This document shows, one piece after another, positions 1 to 9,146 of a DNA stretch of 64,000 nucleotides (positions are counted from its first letter, which is position 1; each line of letters starts with the position of its first letter). This stretch comes from a virus (lineage: Duplodnaviria > Heunggongvirae > Uroviricota > Caudoviricetes). The notes beneath the pieces are model-generated. The model had not been told where the DNA came from and made no database searches. It saw nothing but the letters and a program-made list of their open reading frames with translations. The translations under genes were made by a program, and so were the position numbers. Where the stretch lies: the IMG/VR virus record IMGVR_UViG_3300020045_008999, positions 448,001 to 512,000 of that record; one strand, 5' to 3'.

Positions 1-412
1 CAGTGATACCCGCAGCCCTAGACGATACGAATATTGGACATCCATCGTCAACTAATGATTTTGCTTCTTTACCAAAATAAGTAGATAGTAATTTAATTTG
101 ACCATCAACTCTATTATGTTCCTTAACATATGTTGCGCTGGTGATTAAGTGTGATGCTCTCGACAAAGATGTATCAAATACATCCGGATGGTCAAATTCA
201 CCATATACTACACCCATAGTTGCAATTCGTTCATTCATCTCATCTAAACATGGTAAGAACTTAGGCGCGGTATATACTCTTTGATTTCTATTAAGAACAT
301 CAAATTCAGTAAATATTCCACCTAATGTATAATCTTTCGTCTTTGAAGATGATACATTCTCATTAATGCTCAGTGGATTAGTGTTGTTTTCAACAATTAA
401 TACTGGTTTCAT
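1..412 (-). CDS. Prohead core (maturation) protease, T4 gp21-like; partial, runs off the window start
   Basis: Manual translation from ATG at 412: MKPVLIVENNTNPLSINENVSS...NRNQRVY...YGEFDHP...PIFVSSRAAGIT. NRNxRxY, GE(L/F)DHP (His) and SSR(A/G)xG (Ser) are the gp21 motifs. Confidence 0.9.
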   Translation of the reverse strand, partial: MKPVLIVENNTNPLSINENVSSSKTKDYTLGGIFTEFDVLNRNQRVYTAPKFLPCLDEMNERIATMGVVYGEFDHPDVFDTSLSRASHLITSATYVKEHNRVDGQIKLLSTYFGKEAKSLVDDGCPIFVSSRAAGIT

Positions 413-526
413 GTATGAATATTTTTTTTTCTGTTTTATATATAAAATAACAAAATCAAAAAAACACACCTTGGATTGTTTATACGTTTTGGTAGTATAT
501 TGGTATAAATTATATGTTTGTAGAAA

Positions 527-868
527 TTATTTCTTGTCTTTCATTATCTTATTAAGGTAGTTTAGACCAGCATAAATATCAACAACTCTTAATTTTAGCA
601 CAGATTGTGAGGCGGGTGATGACATACTGGCTCCCTTTTTCTTAACAAGTGCTGTGATGTATACAACGTCACCTCTTTTAATTGGTTTATTTGTTAAATC
701 GGCATCGATTGCAACTAAGCCACTTTCAACCAAATGTTCTTCCGGCTCAGGTTCATTGAAAACATCTATTATTGAATCGATTACATATTCACCACTTTTC
801 AAAGCATCCAAACTTATTTCGAATTCCGGATTCTCTAGGTCAGAGGATAATGCAGTGAATTTTTTCAT
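527..868 (-). CDS. Hypothetical protein, possibly head-associated
   Basis: 113 aa ORF upstream of and co-oriented with the prohead protease; TAATATATA motif upstream. Confidence 0.6.
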   Translation of the reverse strand: MKKFTALSSDLENPEFEISLDALKSGEYVIDSIIDVFNEPEPEEHLVESGLVAIDADLTNKPIKRGDVVYITALVKKKGASMSSPASQSVLKLRVVDIYAGLNYLNKIMKDKK

Positions 869-882
869 AATGTGGAACTTTT

Positions 883-900
883 TTTTAATATATATTAAAA
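883..900. promoter_or_regulatory. Palindromic TTTTAATATATATTAAAA; candidate bidirectional phage (late) promoter
   Basis: Perfect 18-bp palindrome between divergent genes. The same TT(T/A)ATATATA motif precedes many genes in the window. Confidence 0.6.
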
Positions 901-923
901 ATTAAAAACAAAAAATTTTTACA

Positions 924-2255
924 ATGGCAAGACTAATAACACTCAACGATATCAATGATGTAACATTGATAGATGAAATTTTAAGTAACGACCTCACCAT
1001 ATTTGAAGATGTTCAGGGTTCGAAAATTTATGTAATGTTTAGTAAGGATGGTATCATCATTAAGCCAAAATCATTACAGGCAAATCAGTTAAATATTCTC
1101 GACTTAGCAATCCAAAAGTATTACAATCGTGCCATTGATTATTTAAGCGCGTTGGATACTAGAACATTGTCTATGTTGAACAAAAAATGGTGGTTTTGTT
1201 TTGAATATTTTCCGGATGAACAACCGGCAAATATTGAATATGCAAGGGTACCTAAGAATAACTTGGTACTATCTTCAATTTATAAGGGGGATAAGTATGA
1301 ATATACTGTTGAGGAATTGGACGAATACGCAAGGTTACTTGATGTTGATATAATCCCAATAATATTCAAAGGAAAGTTAAGCGATAGTTCTCAAGAAGCT
1401 ATAAAGTATTTTCTAAATACCAGTGAATCAGATTTAGAGTTTGTGTTCGGCGAGAGTTCATTTGCATTCTTTTTTTACAAATTACTAAATCCCGCACTGA
1501 CAAATTCATTCTTAATGAATGATTTCCAAAAAAACATTCAAAAGTTAGTAATTAGAATAGATAACAAGGATGTGTCGTTTGAAATTTTAAACCCGCTATA
1601 CCGTAGAGTAAATGATCAAAATATGACAGATTTTACGGATATTTATACATTAATTTTAGTAAATTTCTTAACATTTATACAATCGGTAGATCTTGATAAA
1701 ATTAAATTATCAGGCAAGACCAGAGAAGATGTCTATATTTATTTGATGTGCAAATTATACAACTTATACATATCCGAGGTAAAGGATGATCTATTGAATT
1801 TTGACTTCATAGTACCTGAATTTTTTGACAAGGATAAATTTCGCATTAACACGGAAATGATAGATAATAAAATGACACGTGAGTATATAAAAGACTCCAA
1901 AAAACTGGAATACATATTAAAGGTAATACTTGGTTCGTTCAATAAGAAAAGGAAAGAAAATAAAAAAGTTGGAGTTTTCACAGAATCCACCATTATAATT
2001 TTTAATCAATTCGTGGATCAATTGTTTAGAATAATTGATATCCAATTGGCAAAGAGTACTGAAGCGGAATTAGCAAATAAAGGGTTGTTAAATTTCGAAG
2101 ATTTTTTTGATATTAAGATCGAAAAAGATGGTGATGGTGATGTGTACCCAGATGTATTTGATGAAATTATTGGTACCGGAAATTCAGAGAAAAAGAAAAA
2201 AGGTATGAAATTATCGCCAGTTGATTTTACCAAAAAAGAAGTTGATGATCTATAA
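924..2255 (+). CDS. RNA-ligase-like (nucleotidyltransferase fold) protein with degenerate motif I
   Basis: EDVQGS in place of EKxDGS; FCFEY; IIPIIFKG; KLVIR; FEILNP resemble Rnl motifs I, III, IV and V. Confidence 0.45.
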   Translation: MARLITLNDINDVTLIDEILSNDLTIFEDVQGSKIYVMFSKDGIIIKPKSLQANQLNILDLAIQKYYNRAIDYLSALDTRTLSMLNKKWWFCFEYFPDEQPANIEYARVPKNNLVLSSIYKGDKYEYTVEELDEYARLLDVDIIPIIFKGKLSDSSQEAIKYFLNTSESDLEFVFGESSFAFFFYKLLNPALTNSFLMNDFQKNIQKLVIRIDNKDVSFEILNPLYRRVNDQNMTDFTDIYTLILVNFLTFIQSVDLDKIKLSGKTREDVYIYLMCKLYNLYISEVKDDLLNFDFIVPEFFDKDKFRINTEMIDNKMTREYIKDSKKLEYILKVILGSFNKKRKENKKVGVFTESTIIIFNQFVDQLFRIIDIQLAKSTEAELANKGLLNFEDFFDIKIEKDGDGDVYPDVFDEIIGTGNSEKKKKGMKLSPVDFTKKEVDDL

Positions 2256-2260
2256 AAATA

Positions 2261-2292
2261 AAAACCATTTTGAAACAAACAAAATGGTTTTT
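2261..2292 (+). terminator. Intrinsic terminator
   Basis: AAAACCATTTTG...CAAAATGGTTTTT hairpin right after the stop at 2255. Confidence 0.65.
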
Positions 2293-2308
2293 CTCTAATA
2301 TATATTAT

Positions 2309-3478
2309 ATGAAAATAATCACACCAAAAACCTCAATATTTCAATTTTTACCACATGATCTACTCCCTTTATGTGGCCATACAAAAATAAAATACCATAA
2401 TGCAAATCTGAAAACCGCGTATCTAATTGATATAATCCACCACATGATTTTAAAGTATTACTTCCGAGATGACAACCGGTTCAACATTTCAGCGACAATT
2501 TTCAAAGAAAAGTATGGTAAAATATATAATTATTATATGGAATATCTATGTGATAAAGGAATGATTAGACTGGTGAAAAATTACAACTGTGGTAAAAATT
2601 CAAAAGTTTACGCATTGGCCGACTACATAATAGATGGCAAAATAACTAGATATTATAATACGGATACCGTATTATTGAAAAAACATAATAAGAGAATGGC
2701 GGCATATGAATCATCATACGATGATGGATTAATTGATCGTGATGTTAGAATTAAATTAATAGAAAATTTATATTCTGTAAATATTGACGTTGAGGCCGCT
2801 ATGTATTACTTGAATAACATAGTACATTCGGTTGATGCATATAATAAAAATGTATATAGTGTAGAATCTATCAAAAATTTACACATATTTTACCACTTTG
2901 ACGGATATGGTCGCATGCATACCAATTTCACAATTTTAAAATCGCACATTAGAAAAAATTATTTACAAATAGATGGACAAGAATTAATGGAGTTGGACAT
3001 AAATAATAGCCAACCGTTGTTCCTCACTAAAATTATAGATGAAACAATATTAAATGGTGTCGATGATGATGAATTTAGATTATTTAAATATCTAACACAA
3101 ACCGGCAACTTATACCAATACATTATTGACAATTCGAAAAAGTCCGCAAAATCAGAAGTGAAAAAATTAACGTATAAAGTTTTATTTGGCAAAAACTACC
3201 CAAATATGAATGATGCGATTTTCAACTATCTATTTCCAACGATACACCAATTTATAAAAAATTATAAATACCGACACAAAAATCACAAAATATTATCACA
3301 CCAACTACAAAAATTAGAATCAAACTTAATATATAATGTTATTATTAAAGAAGTGATGGCAATTAATCCAGATATAAAATTTGTGACTATACATGATAGT
3401 ATATTATTTCCAAAAAAATATGAAGCGATAGTGTCCAAAGTTTTTAATGATAATATAAAAAAAGAATTTGATATATGA
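2309..3478 (+). CDS. Family A polymerase-related protein (TV-Pol-like), N-terminal HTH-like region
   Basis: GRMHT, motif A ELDINNSQP, motif B KKLTYKVLFG, LQKLES, motif C TIHDS. Start moved to ATG 2309 because 2270 lies within the terminator. Confidence 0.7.
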   Translation: MKIITPKTSIFQFLPHDLLPLCGHTKIKYHNANLKTAYLIDIIHHMILKYYFRDDNRFNISATIFKEKYGKIYNYYMEYLCDKGMIRLVKNYNCGKNSKVYALADYIIDGKITRYYNTDTVLLKKHNKRMAAYESSYDDGLIDRDVRIKLIENLYSVNIDVEAAMYYLNNIVHSVDAYNKNVYSVESIKNLHIFYHFDGYGRMHTNFTILKSHIRKNYLQIDGQELMELDINNSQPLFLTKIIDETILNGVDDDEFRLFKYLTQTGNLYQYIIDNSKKSAKSEVKKLTYKVLFGKNYPNMNDAIFNYLFPTIHQFIKNYKYRHKNHKILSHQLQKLESNLIYNVIIKEVMAINPDIKFVTIHDSILFPKKYEAIVSKVFNDNIKKEFDI

Positions 3479-3627
3479 AGGATTATGGATTGGCTTTAAT
3501 TAGTGGTGAGGTAATAAATAAAGTACGTATTGGAAATCGCATGATGGCAGTTACTTATTTTGCAAAAGTCAAAAAGTTACAAGAAACTGACTTAATACGA
3601 ATATATGAAGTTATTCTATTAAAATAA
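3475..3627 (+). CDS. Small hypothetical protein (50 aa)
   Basis: ATGA overlap with the upstream stop; fills the gap; MKDYGLALISGEV... Confidence 0.45.
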   Translation: MKDYGLALISGEVINKVRIGNRMMAVTYFAKVKKLQETDLIRIYEVILLK

Positions 3628-3645
3628 AATTATAATATATACAAC

Positions 3646-4215
3646 ATGATAAACCTTCTAGATGTGAAAACGTCCTACATACTTTTTACACCGGATCACA
3701 CATCTAGTGGGTACAGTTGGTTATGTGAAAAATATACTAGCCTAACACATGCTAAGGGTTATTCCGATATTGAACTGATATCATCTGACAATGATAATAA
3801 CTATTGCATTACATATGTCTCATATTGTGAGAACGCAATCAATGATAAAATTCGTTTGGATGCAATCGCATTAATGAGTGAATTTGGGGCTAGTTCAATT
3901 ATCGTAAAATATTTTGGTGAAAATAAACCAACAAAAATTCTTGAAAATGGCTCCGAGCGATTATTAGACATTTCATTTTACAGTAACGTAGTAAATGAAC
4001 GTGTTTATATACAAAATGGAATTTCATTTATATTCGAAACTTTAAAGCGGTTTTACTTTCCGACTAAAAAAGAGGATCTTCATAAAAACATGGTAATTGA
4101 ACTATATAACGATACCAAATGGATTGAATACGTAGTTGATGATGTTGAGACTGAATGGGAGGATATCTACGAACTATTTGCCAAGTATGAGAAAATAAGA
4201 ATTCATAGAGATTAA
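3646..4215 (+). CDS. Hypothetical protein
   Basis: 189 aa ORF; TAATATATA just upstream of ATG. Confidence 0.7.
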   Translation: MINLLDVKTSYILFTPDHTSSGYSWLCEKYTSLTHAKGYSDIELISSDNDNNYCITYVSYCENAINDKIRLDAIALMSEFGASSIIVKYFGENKPTKILENGSERLLDISFYSNVVNERVYIQNGISFIFETLKRFYFPTKKEDLHKNMVIELYNDTKWIEYVVDDVETEWEDIYELFAKYEKIRIHRD

Positions 4216-4228
4216 AAGTGAACATTTA

Positions 4229-4260
4229 TTTGGATATATCATATTTTAGTTATACATTTG
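4229..4260 (+). promoter_or_regulatory. Bacteroidota-type sigma70 promoter (TTTG-N20-TACATTTG)
   Basis: -33 TTTG at 4229-4232 and -7 TAnnTTTG at 4253-4260. Confidence 0.65.
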
Positions 4261-4283
4261 AGGTATATAAAAAATCAAACATT

Positions 4284-5060
4284 ATGAAAACTTCTAAGGA
4301 TTCTGAACACATTATATCTGATTTATTAGTTAAGATGAGCCCAACATTAGATAAAATGGTGCAGCGCATAAAATCAGACTACGAAGCATCACATGAACAG
4401 CTATTTACCAAATACGATGAAATTTACACCCGACTATTTTTAGAAAAAGACATTGTTAAATCATTCTCATCATATGCACAAGCTAGTGATAAATTGGAAT
4501 CATTCCAACTACACGGATCAATATCTGGACAATTGAAAATATCAGCAAGGATAACGCGTGGTGATATTACGTATACCCACCTGACCGATGTCATATATGC
4601 TGGGGGACACAATATTCAAAAATTACACTACAGATATTTGACTAAAAGTGAATTACCAAAAACCGGTGATAAAACAATATTAGATAAATTTACAGCGGCC
4701 ATCAGTAGGTTAACTAAAGTAGAGGCTATATCAAATGATATTTTACGTTATAAAAAACAAATTGATAAAATGAATATTGACATCGAAAATAAACTAAAAA
4801 TGTCCGATGAAGATATTCTGAATAAATCAGAATCATATATAACATTATCTAAGATAACATGGGATGTCATAATTGAACGTGGGTGTGATAAAAATTATGA
4901 TTACAATCAAGATAATTTCATAAAATCACAAGATGATTATCGCACAAACTGTATAAATCACCACAAGACCATGATTAACTCGAATCAAAAATCGGTCAAA
5001 AGTATATCGATTCTTATACAAAAATTAGAATCTAAGCGAGACGCAATATTGGAAGATTAA
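4284..5060 (+). CDS. Hypothetical protein with coiled-coil C-terminus
   Basis: Long ORF; start moved to ATG 4284, downstream of the promoter. Confidence 0.7.
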   Translation: MKTSKDSEHIISDLLVKMSPTLDKMVQRIKSDYEASHEQLFTKYDEIYTRLFLEKDIVKSFSSYAQASDKLESFQLHGSISGQLKISARITRGDITYTHLTDVIYAGGHNIQKLHYRYLTKSELPKTGDKTILDKFTAAISRLTKVEAISNDILRYKKQIDKMNIDIENKLKMSDEDILNKSESYITLSKITWDVIIERGCDKNYDYNQDNFIKSQDDYRTNCINHHKTMINSNQKSVKSISILIQKLESKRDAILED

Positions 5061-5794
5061 ATATATCTGTTTAATCTTCCAATATTTTTTTGAACGGTAT
5101 TTATAAATCTATCAATTTCAACATCTGACATTTTCACCAAATCACTATACAATTTTGCATTTTTCGAATAAAATTCTGCATCAATTTGTTCAATTGGGTG
5201 GTATAGATGATATGCATGATTATTACACTGGTACCAATTCAGTTTATGTTTAATGAGGATATCCAATCCAATATCTTCATATCCATATCCCTCGAATAAT
5301 TCACACCATCCACCGATTTTCTTAATCGATTCAGTTTGGAAAAAACATATACCATTTGTCAAATTTGCATCTAAGAAATCAACTGCGGTTTCTATACTAA
5401 AAATATCAACATTGAGTTGACTAGAACTATATTTATCTAACCTATTTATTTTTTCATATGGGGCAATAAATTCATACTTATTTAACAATTTCAATGATTC
5501 TAAAAATGGTTCATAATCCATAATTATATCACAATTTCCAAAAATAACATTTGGTGTATTACAATACTTAAGTCCTACATTAAATACCCACGAACGGTTA
5601 TAATTTGGGTTATGTGTTTCAATAAATATATGCTTAGCACTTATATTGAGATTTGAAATTTTACTATGACGATCAGCCTCAATCACGATGACGTCCAAAT
5701 TATCTAGTCGATTCAACCAATCTATTGTTTTGAGTAAATTACTCAATTGATGTGTACTGTGCTTATATCCTATTATATATGTGTATTTATTCAA
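5057..5794 (-). CDS. Glycosyltransferase (GT2/GT7-like galactosyltransferase)
   Basis: NRSWVFNVG, FGNCDII (DxD position), GGWCELFEGYGYED, YHLYH. Confidence 0.85.
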   Translation of the reverse strand: MNKYTYIIGYKHSTHQLSNLLKTIDWLNRLDNLDVIVIEADRHSKISNLNISAKHIFIETHNPNYNRSWVFNVGLKYCNTPNVIFGNCDIIMDYEPFLESLKLLNKYEFIAPYEKINRLDKYSSSQLNVDIFSIETAVDFLDANLTNGICFFQTESIKKIGGWCELFEGYGYEDIGLDILIKHKLNWYQCNNHAYHLYHPIEQIDAEFYSKNAKLYSDLVKMSDVEIDRFINTVQKNIGRLNRYI

Positions 5795-5875
5795 TGCTTT
5801 TATATTTAATATTTTATATTTTATAAAAAAAACACCATTTAGTTTATTACCTTTGTGAAATATAATATATACACT

Positions 5876-6352
5876 ATGATAACAAATAGTAATAGGACAC
5901 TTTTTTTAAAATCCAATTTTATAAATTCGCAATATATTACAAAATATATTGATTTTTTATCTATCGATGTTAATTTTTTATATTTAGATTTTTCCAATAA
6001 TAAAGATGTATTAACATCTAAAGTAAATCACCAGAGAGTAAATATCACAAATATTTCGGATATAATACTTGGTAATTTAAGAAATGTTGATCACATTATT
6101 ATAGACATTCCGCTTGGTTATAATCATATTTTTTTAGATACCTTGGCTAATATCTTACATACAATTACCGTTAAGTATTCAGTCATTACTCACAGCATAA
6201 ATTCAAATATTACTAAATTTGTAAAATTCGATGAATGTTATTTGTTAAATGAAAATTCACTTACTAATATCGTTTCAGAAAATGAATTATATTTTGAAAA
6301 TTTCAAAAAAGAATACATTAGAATTGCTACAATTAACGATATATTGAAATAA
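5876..6352 (+). CDS. Hypothetical protein with C-terminal R-x3-I-x2-IL motif
   Basis: Ends ...YIRIATINDILK; TACCTTTG promoter at 5848-5855. Confidence 0.65.
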   Translation: MITNSNRTLFLKSNFINSQYITKYIDFLSIDVNFLYLDFSNNKDVLTSKVNHQRVNITNISDIILGNLRNVDHIIIDIPLGYNHIFLDTLANILHTITVKYSVITHSINSNITKFVKFDECYLLNENSLTNIVSENELYFENFKKEYIRIATINDILK

Positions 6353-6568
6353 TTAGCTACGTAACATACCTGGGTTTTTATACTCTGAACTACTAACTAT
6401 TTCAAGAAGTTGATCAGTTGATAGTGAATTCTTATCCCAGCCTTTCGTACTACTGTAAGAAACTATGAATTGTTCTCTTAAATTCTCAAGTTCTATTTTA
6501 CTTAGGTTGTTCCCGGACTTTATCATTTCACCATCGGTGTAGATGTTTTTCAGCATATTATTTTCCAT
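6353..6568 (-). CDS. Small hypothetical protein
   Basis: 71 aa ORF; TTTAATATATA upstream on the minus strand. Confidence 0.6.
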   Translation of the reverse strand: MENNMLKNIYTDGEMIKSGNNLSKIELENLREQFIVSYSSTKGWDKNSLSTDQLLEIVSSSEYKNPGMLRS

Positions 6569-6620
6569 TTTGATATATTTTTTTGATATATATTAAAAAA
6601 ACTTTCTTACATTTGTAATC

Positions 6621-7136
6621 ATGTTAATTAAAGCTAAAGGAATACTCAATTTTAACCCGGTCGATATCACTAAAAAGCACGAAATGCAATCGGCTTGGAA
6701 AACTGTGGCCATGATCGAAATAGATAGTGAAATTGATCAATATTATAAATGGTTTATCGAGACTCGATTTTCACTTAAATTGAATAAAAATCTAAGAGGT
6801 AGCCACATTACGTTTATTTCAGATATATTGGATCGGGATTTATATGAAGTAATTTCAACGAAGTATAATGGCAAAGAAGTCGATTTCTACTATTCAATCG
6901 AACCATTCACAAATGGCGAACATTGGTGGCTTAGGGTATTTTGCTTTGATATTGAACCAATTCGCGAAGAACTTAATTTAGACAAATATCCATATTTCGG
7001 TCTTCATTTAACCTTGGGTCACGTAACCACTACCAATTCAATACATGGTGAATACATAAAAGAGGTTTGCAATTTTCACAAACTTTTACTTTCAGAACCG
7101 AGGAAACCGTTTGACCAATACACAATTATAAAATAA
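6621..7136 (+). CDS. 2H phosphoesterase family protein
   Basis: Two HxT motifs (SHITF, LHLTL) about 70 aa apart; TACATTTG promoter at 6608-6615. Confidence 0.75.
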   Translation: MLIKAKGILNFNPVDITKKHEMQSAWKTVAMIEIDSEIDQYYKWFIETRFSLKLNKNLRGSHITFISDILDRDLYEVISTKYNGKEVDFYYSIEPFTNGEHWWLRVFCFDIEPIREELNLDKYPYFGLHLTLGHVTTTNSIHGEYIKEVCNFHKLLLSEPRKPFDQYTIIK

Positions 7137-7164
7137 TATAGTTAATCAATCAATTGAATCTAAT

Positions 7165-7491
7165 ATGTTAATATTATTAAAATGTATCAATCCCCTCAAC
7201 ACTGATCGTGAAAATGTTAAATTGTCTGATTTTGAAATAATTGATAGTATACCATATACAACAAATCTTGATATAATCAATGAAATGGTATTCATCAGGC
7301 ATGATTACACTCTAGTATATAAATTATACGACAGTATTATTCCACCTAATGGCATTTACCCTTTATACAATGCAGTTGATTGGACTACGTTGATGGGGAA
7401 CGCTACATTGGCAGCCATTTTAGTAAATGGTAATCATCCAAAATTCAGACCAATCATGCGTGAGGTGATAATATCATCAATTATAACTTAA
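7165..7491 (+). CDS. Hypothetical protein with C-terminal R-x3-I-x2-II motif
   Basis: Ends ...MREVIISSIIT. Confidence 0.6.
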   Translation: MLILLKCINPLNTDRENVKLSDFEIIDSIPYTTNLDIINEMVFIRHDYTLVYKLYDSIIPPNGIYPLYNAVDWTTLMGNATLAAILVNGNHPKFRPIMREVIISSIIT

Positions 7492-7823
7492 TGAAAATAT
7501 ATTCAATAATTTCCACAAAAATAAATCATGTTAGTTCAAATGCAATTGTCGCAGATGAAATTTCCAATTATGCAATGTCCGACATAAAAATAATACACAA
7601 TTTCTATGGCGATCTTAATTTGAACGTAATTAATAATTACATTAAGAGTACTGAGTCACTTCCATTAATCATTAATTCTGATCTACATTACATAGACACG
7701 GATGGATTATGTTTGATCTTATGGTTACAGAATACTAATCAAATATATGCATTAATTGACAGCACCTCTAAAGCATTTATACACATTGGACGTTCTATAA
7801 TAATTACAAATATTCTAAAATAA
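7491..7823 (+). CDS. Hypothetical protein with C-terminal R-x3-I-x2-IL motif
   Basis: Ends ...GRSIIITNILK; start overlaps the upstream stop. Confidence 0.6.
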   Translation: MKIYSIISTKINHVSSNAIVADEISNYAMSDIKIIHNFYGDLNLNVINNYIKSTESLPLIINSDLHYIDTDGLCLILWLQNTNQIYALIDSTSKAFIHIGRSIIITNILK

Positions 7824-7838
7824 TTACAATATATTGCT

Positions 7839-8333
7839 ATGAATAAGATTAAATGTAAAGATTTTTTTATAATTAAAGTATTAAATTATGCAGATAAAAA
7901 GATACTTACTAAATGGCACATTGAGGGCGGGCCAATGCCCACACAACACCGGGAACGTGCAGAAATGGATTATCATCTATATAGCGAGTTTGTCAAATAC
8001 GTAACTGGTCGTTCCCTTGATGAATGGCGACCAACATATCACTATGATACAATGAATTGTGTAAGTGAAGAAATATATGAACACTATGGCATAATCATAC
8101 AAGATAACGAAGGTTATCGAACTTTCTTAATCCCGATAGGCAATACAAAATGTATCAATTGGATTACCAAACATATCAAAGCACCATATCGAATAGTACA
8201 GAAAATCGTACTAGGTTCTAGTAGATTTGATGGTTTAATAAGATATGGATGCAGAGAACGCTGTATTGAGTTCCAAAAACAAAATGCTGATTTTCTCAAA
8301 CAAATATATCCAGAACAAAAAAACCCACTATAA
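7839..8333 (+). CDS. Hypothetical protein
   Basis: 164 aa ORF in the operon. Confidence 0.65.
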   Translation: MNKIKCKDFFIIKVLNYADKKILTKWHIEGGPMPTQHRERAEMDYHLYSEFVKYVTGRSLDEWRPTYHYDTMNCVSEEIYEHYGIIIQDNEGYRTFLIPIGNTKCINWITKHIKAPYRIVQKIVLGSSRFDGLIRYGCRERCIEFQKQNADFLKQIYPEQKNPL

Positions 8334-8347
8334 TTATAGTGGGTTTT
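8320..8347. terminator. Bidirectional terminator overlapping two convergent stop codons
   Basis: Perfect 28-bp palindrome AAAACCCACTATAATTATAGTGGGTTTT. Confidence 0.7.
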
Positions 8348-9122
8348 GTGTATCGGTATAATGTTTGGTTATTCGTTCGTTTGCTGAATGATAATATGTT
8401 GGATCATTTTCAATAATAATAAATTTACGATTACTATTTATGGCGGCGATAGCAGATGAACCTGATCCACTACAATTATCCAATATTATTTCACCAGTAA
8501 CTGAATAAGTGTTTATTAAATATTCTAATAAATCAACCGGTTTTTGTGTAGCGTGGATTGATTTATAATTCGAATTAGAATATTCAAGTATCTGTCGTGG
8601 ATAATTTTCATATTGAATTACCCGCTCTAAAGGTGTTGCCTCCCGAAAATGGTTCACTTTACCATTGCCCGTATAATTTTTCGGACGCTTCCATTTTTTA
8701 TTCACTTCGACCAGACCCTGTGGATAATAGGGCATATTATTCCGGGACCCATTTGCGGTTGATCCATTGGAAAATACTATGATTTCTTCTACATCTTTCA
8801 ATGGTTTTAACTTTGCGTTTACATACCCACCAGGTCTACTTTTCTTCCAATACATCATATATTTAAACATACCTGGATTACTAGTTATGAGCAGAGATGT
8901 AAACGGCTGTTGGCCAAATAATACAATAGCCCCATTATCTTTTATTATTCGATTGTATTGTACCCATAGTGGCTCAAATGGGATAATATTATCCCACGAG
9001 CAAGCAGTGGTCCCATATGGGAGGTCACACAATATCATATCAATTGATTTGTCTGGAATATCATTCATTACCACTAAACAGTCACCTAAATATGATTTAC
9101 CATTTATAAATTCAGTCGTCAT
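8334..9122 (-). CDS. Orphan DNA methyltransferase (N6A/N4C, beta class)
   Basis: DLPY motif IV, HATQKP, LDNCSGSGS SAM-binding motif; no cognate nuclease adjacent. Confidence 0.9.
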   Translation of the reverse strand: MTTEFINGKSYLGDCLVVMNDIPDKSIDMILCDLPYGTTACSWDNIIPFEPLWVQYNRIIKDNGAIVLFGQQPFTSLLITSNPGMFKYMMYWKKSRPGGYVNAKLKPLKDVEEIIVFSNGSTANGSRNNMPYYPQGLVEVNKKWKRPKNYTGNGKVNHFREATPLERVIQYENYPRQILEYSNSNYKSIHATQKPVDLLEYLINTYSVTGEIILDNCSGSGSSAIAAINSNRKFIIIENDPTYYHSANERITKHYTDTQNPL

Positions 9123-9146
9123 TATTCTATGTTTTAGTTATTAATA

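Noticed and set aside
366-560. ORF-track 64-aa plus-strand ORF, and the many short antisense ORFs nested in long genes (e.g. 28749-29231, 32345-32884, 53661-54116)
   Set aside because: They are shadows of well-supported genes on the opposite strand or in another frame, with no motifs or expression signals.
3475-3627. C-terminal RIYEVILLK as another instance of the shared motif
   Set aside because: Spacing does not fit R-x3-I-x2-[IL]-[ILV]; not counted.
8334-9122. Restriction-modification system
   Set aside because: No recognisable endonuclease is adjacent; treated as an orphan protective methyltransferase.
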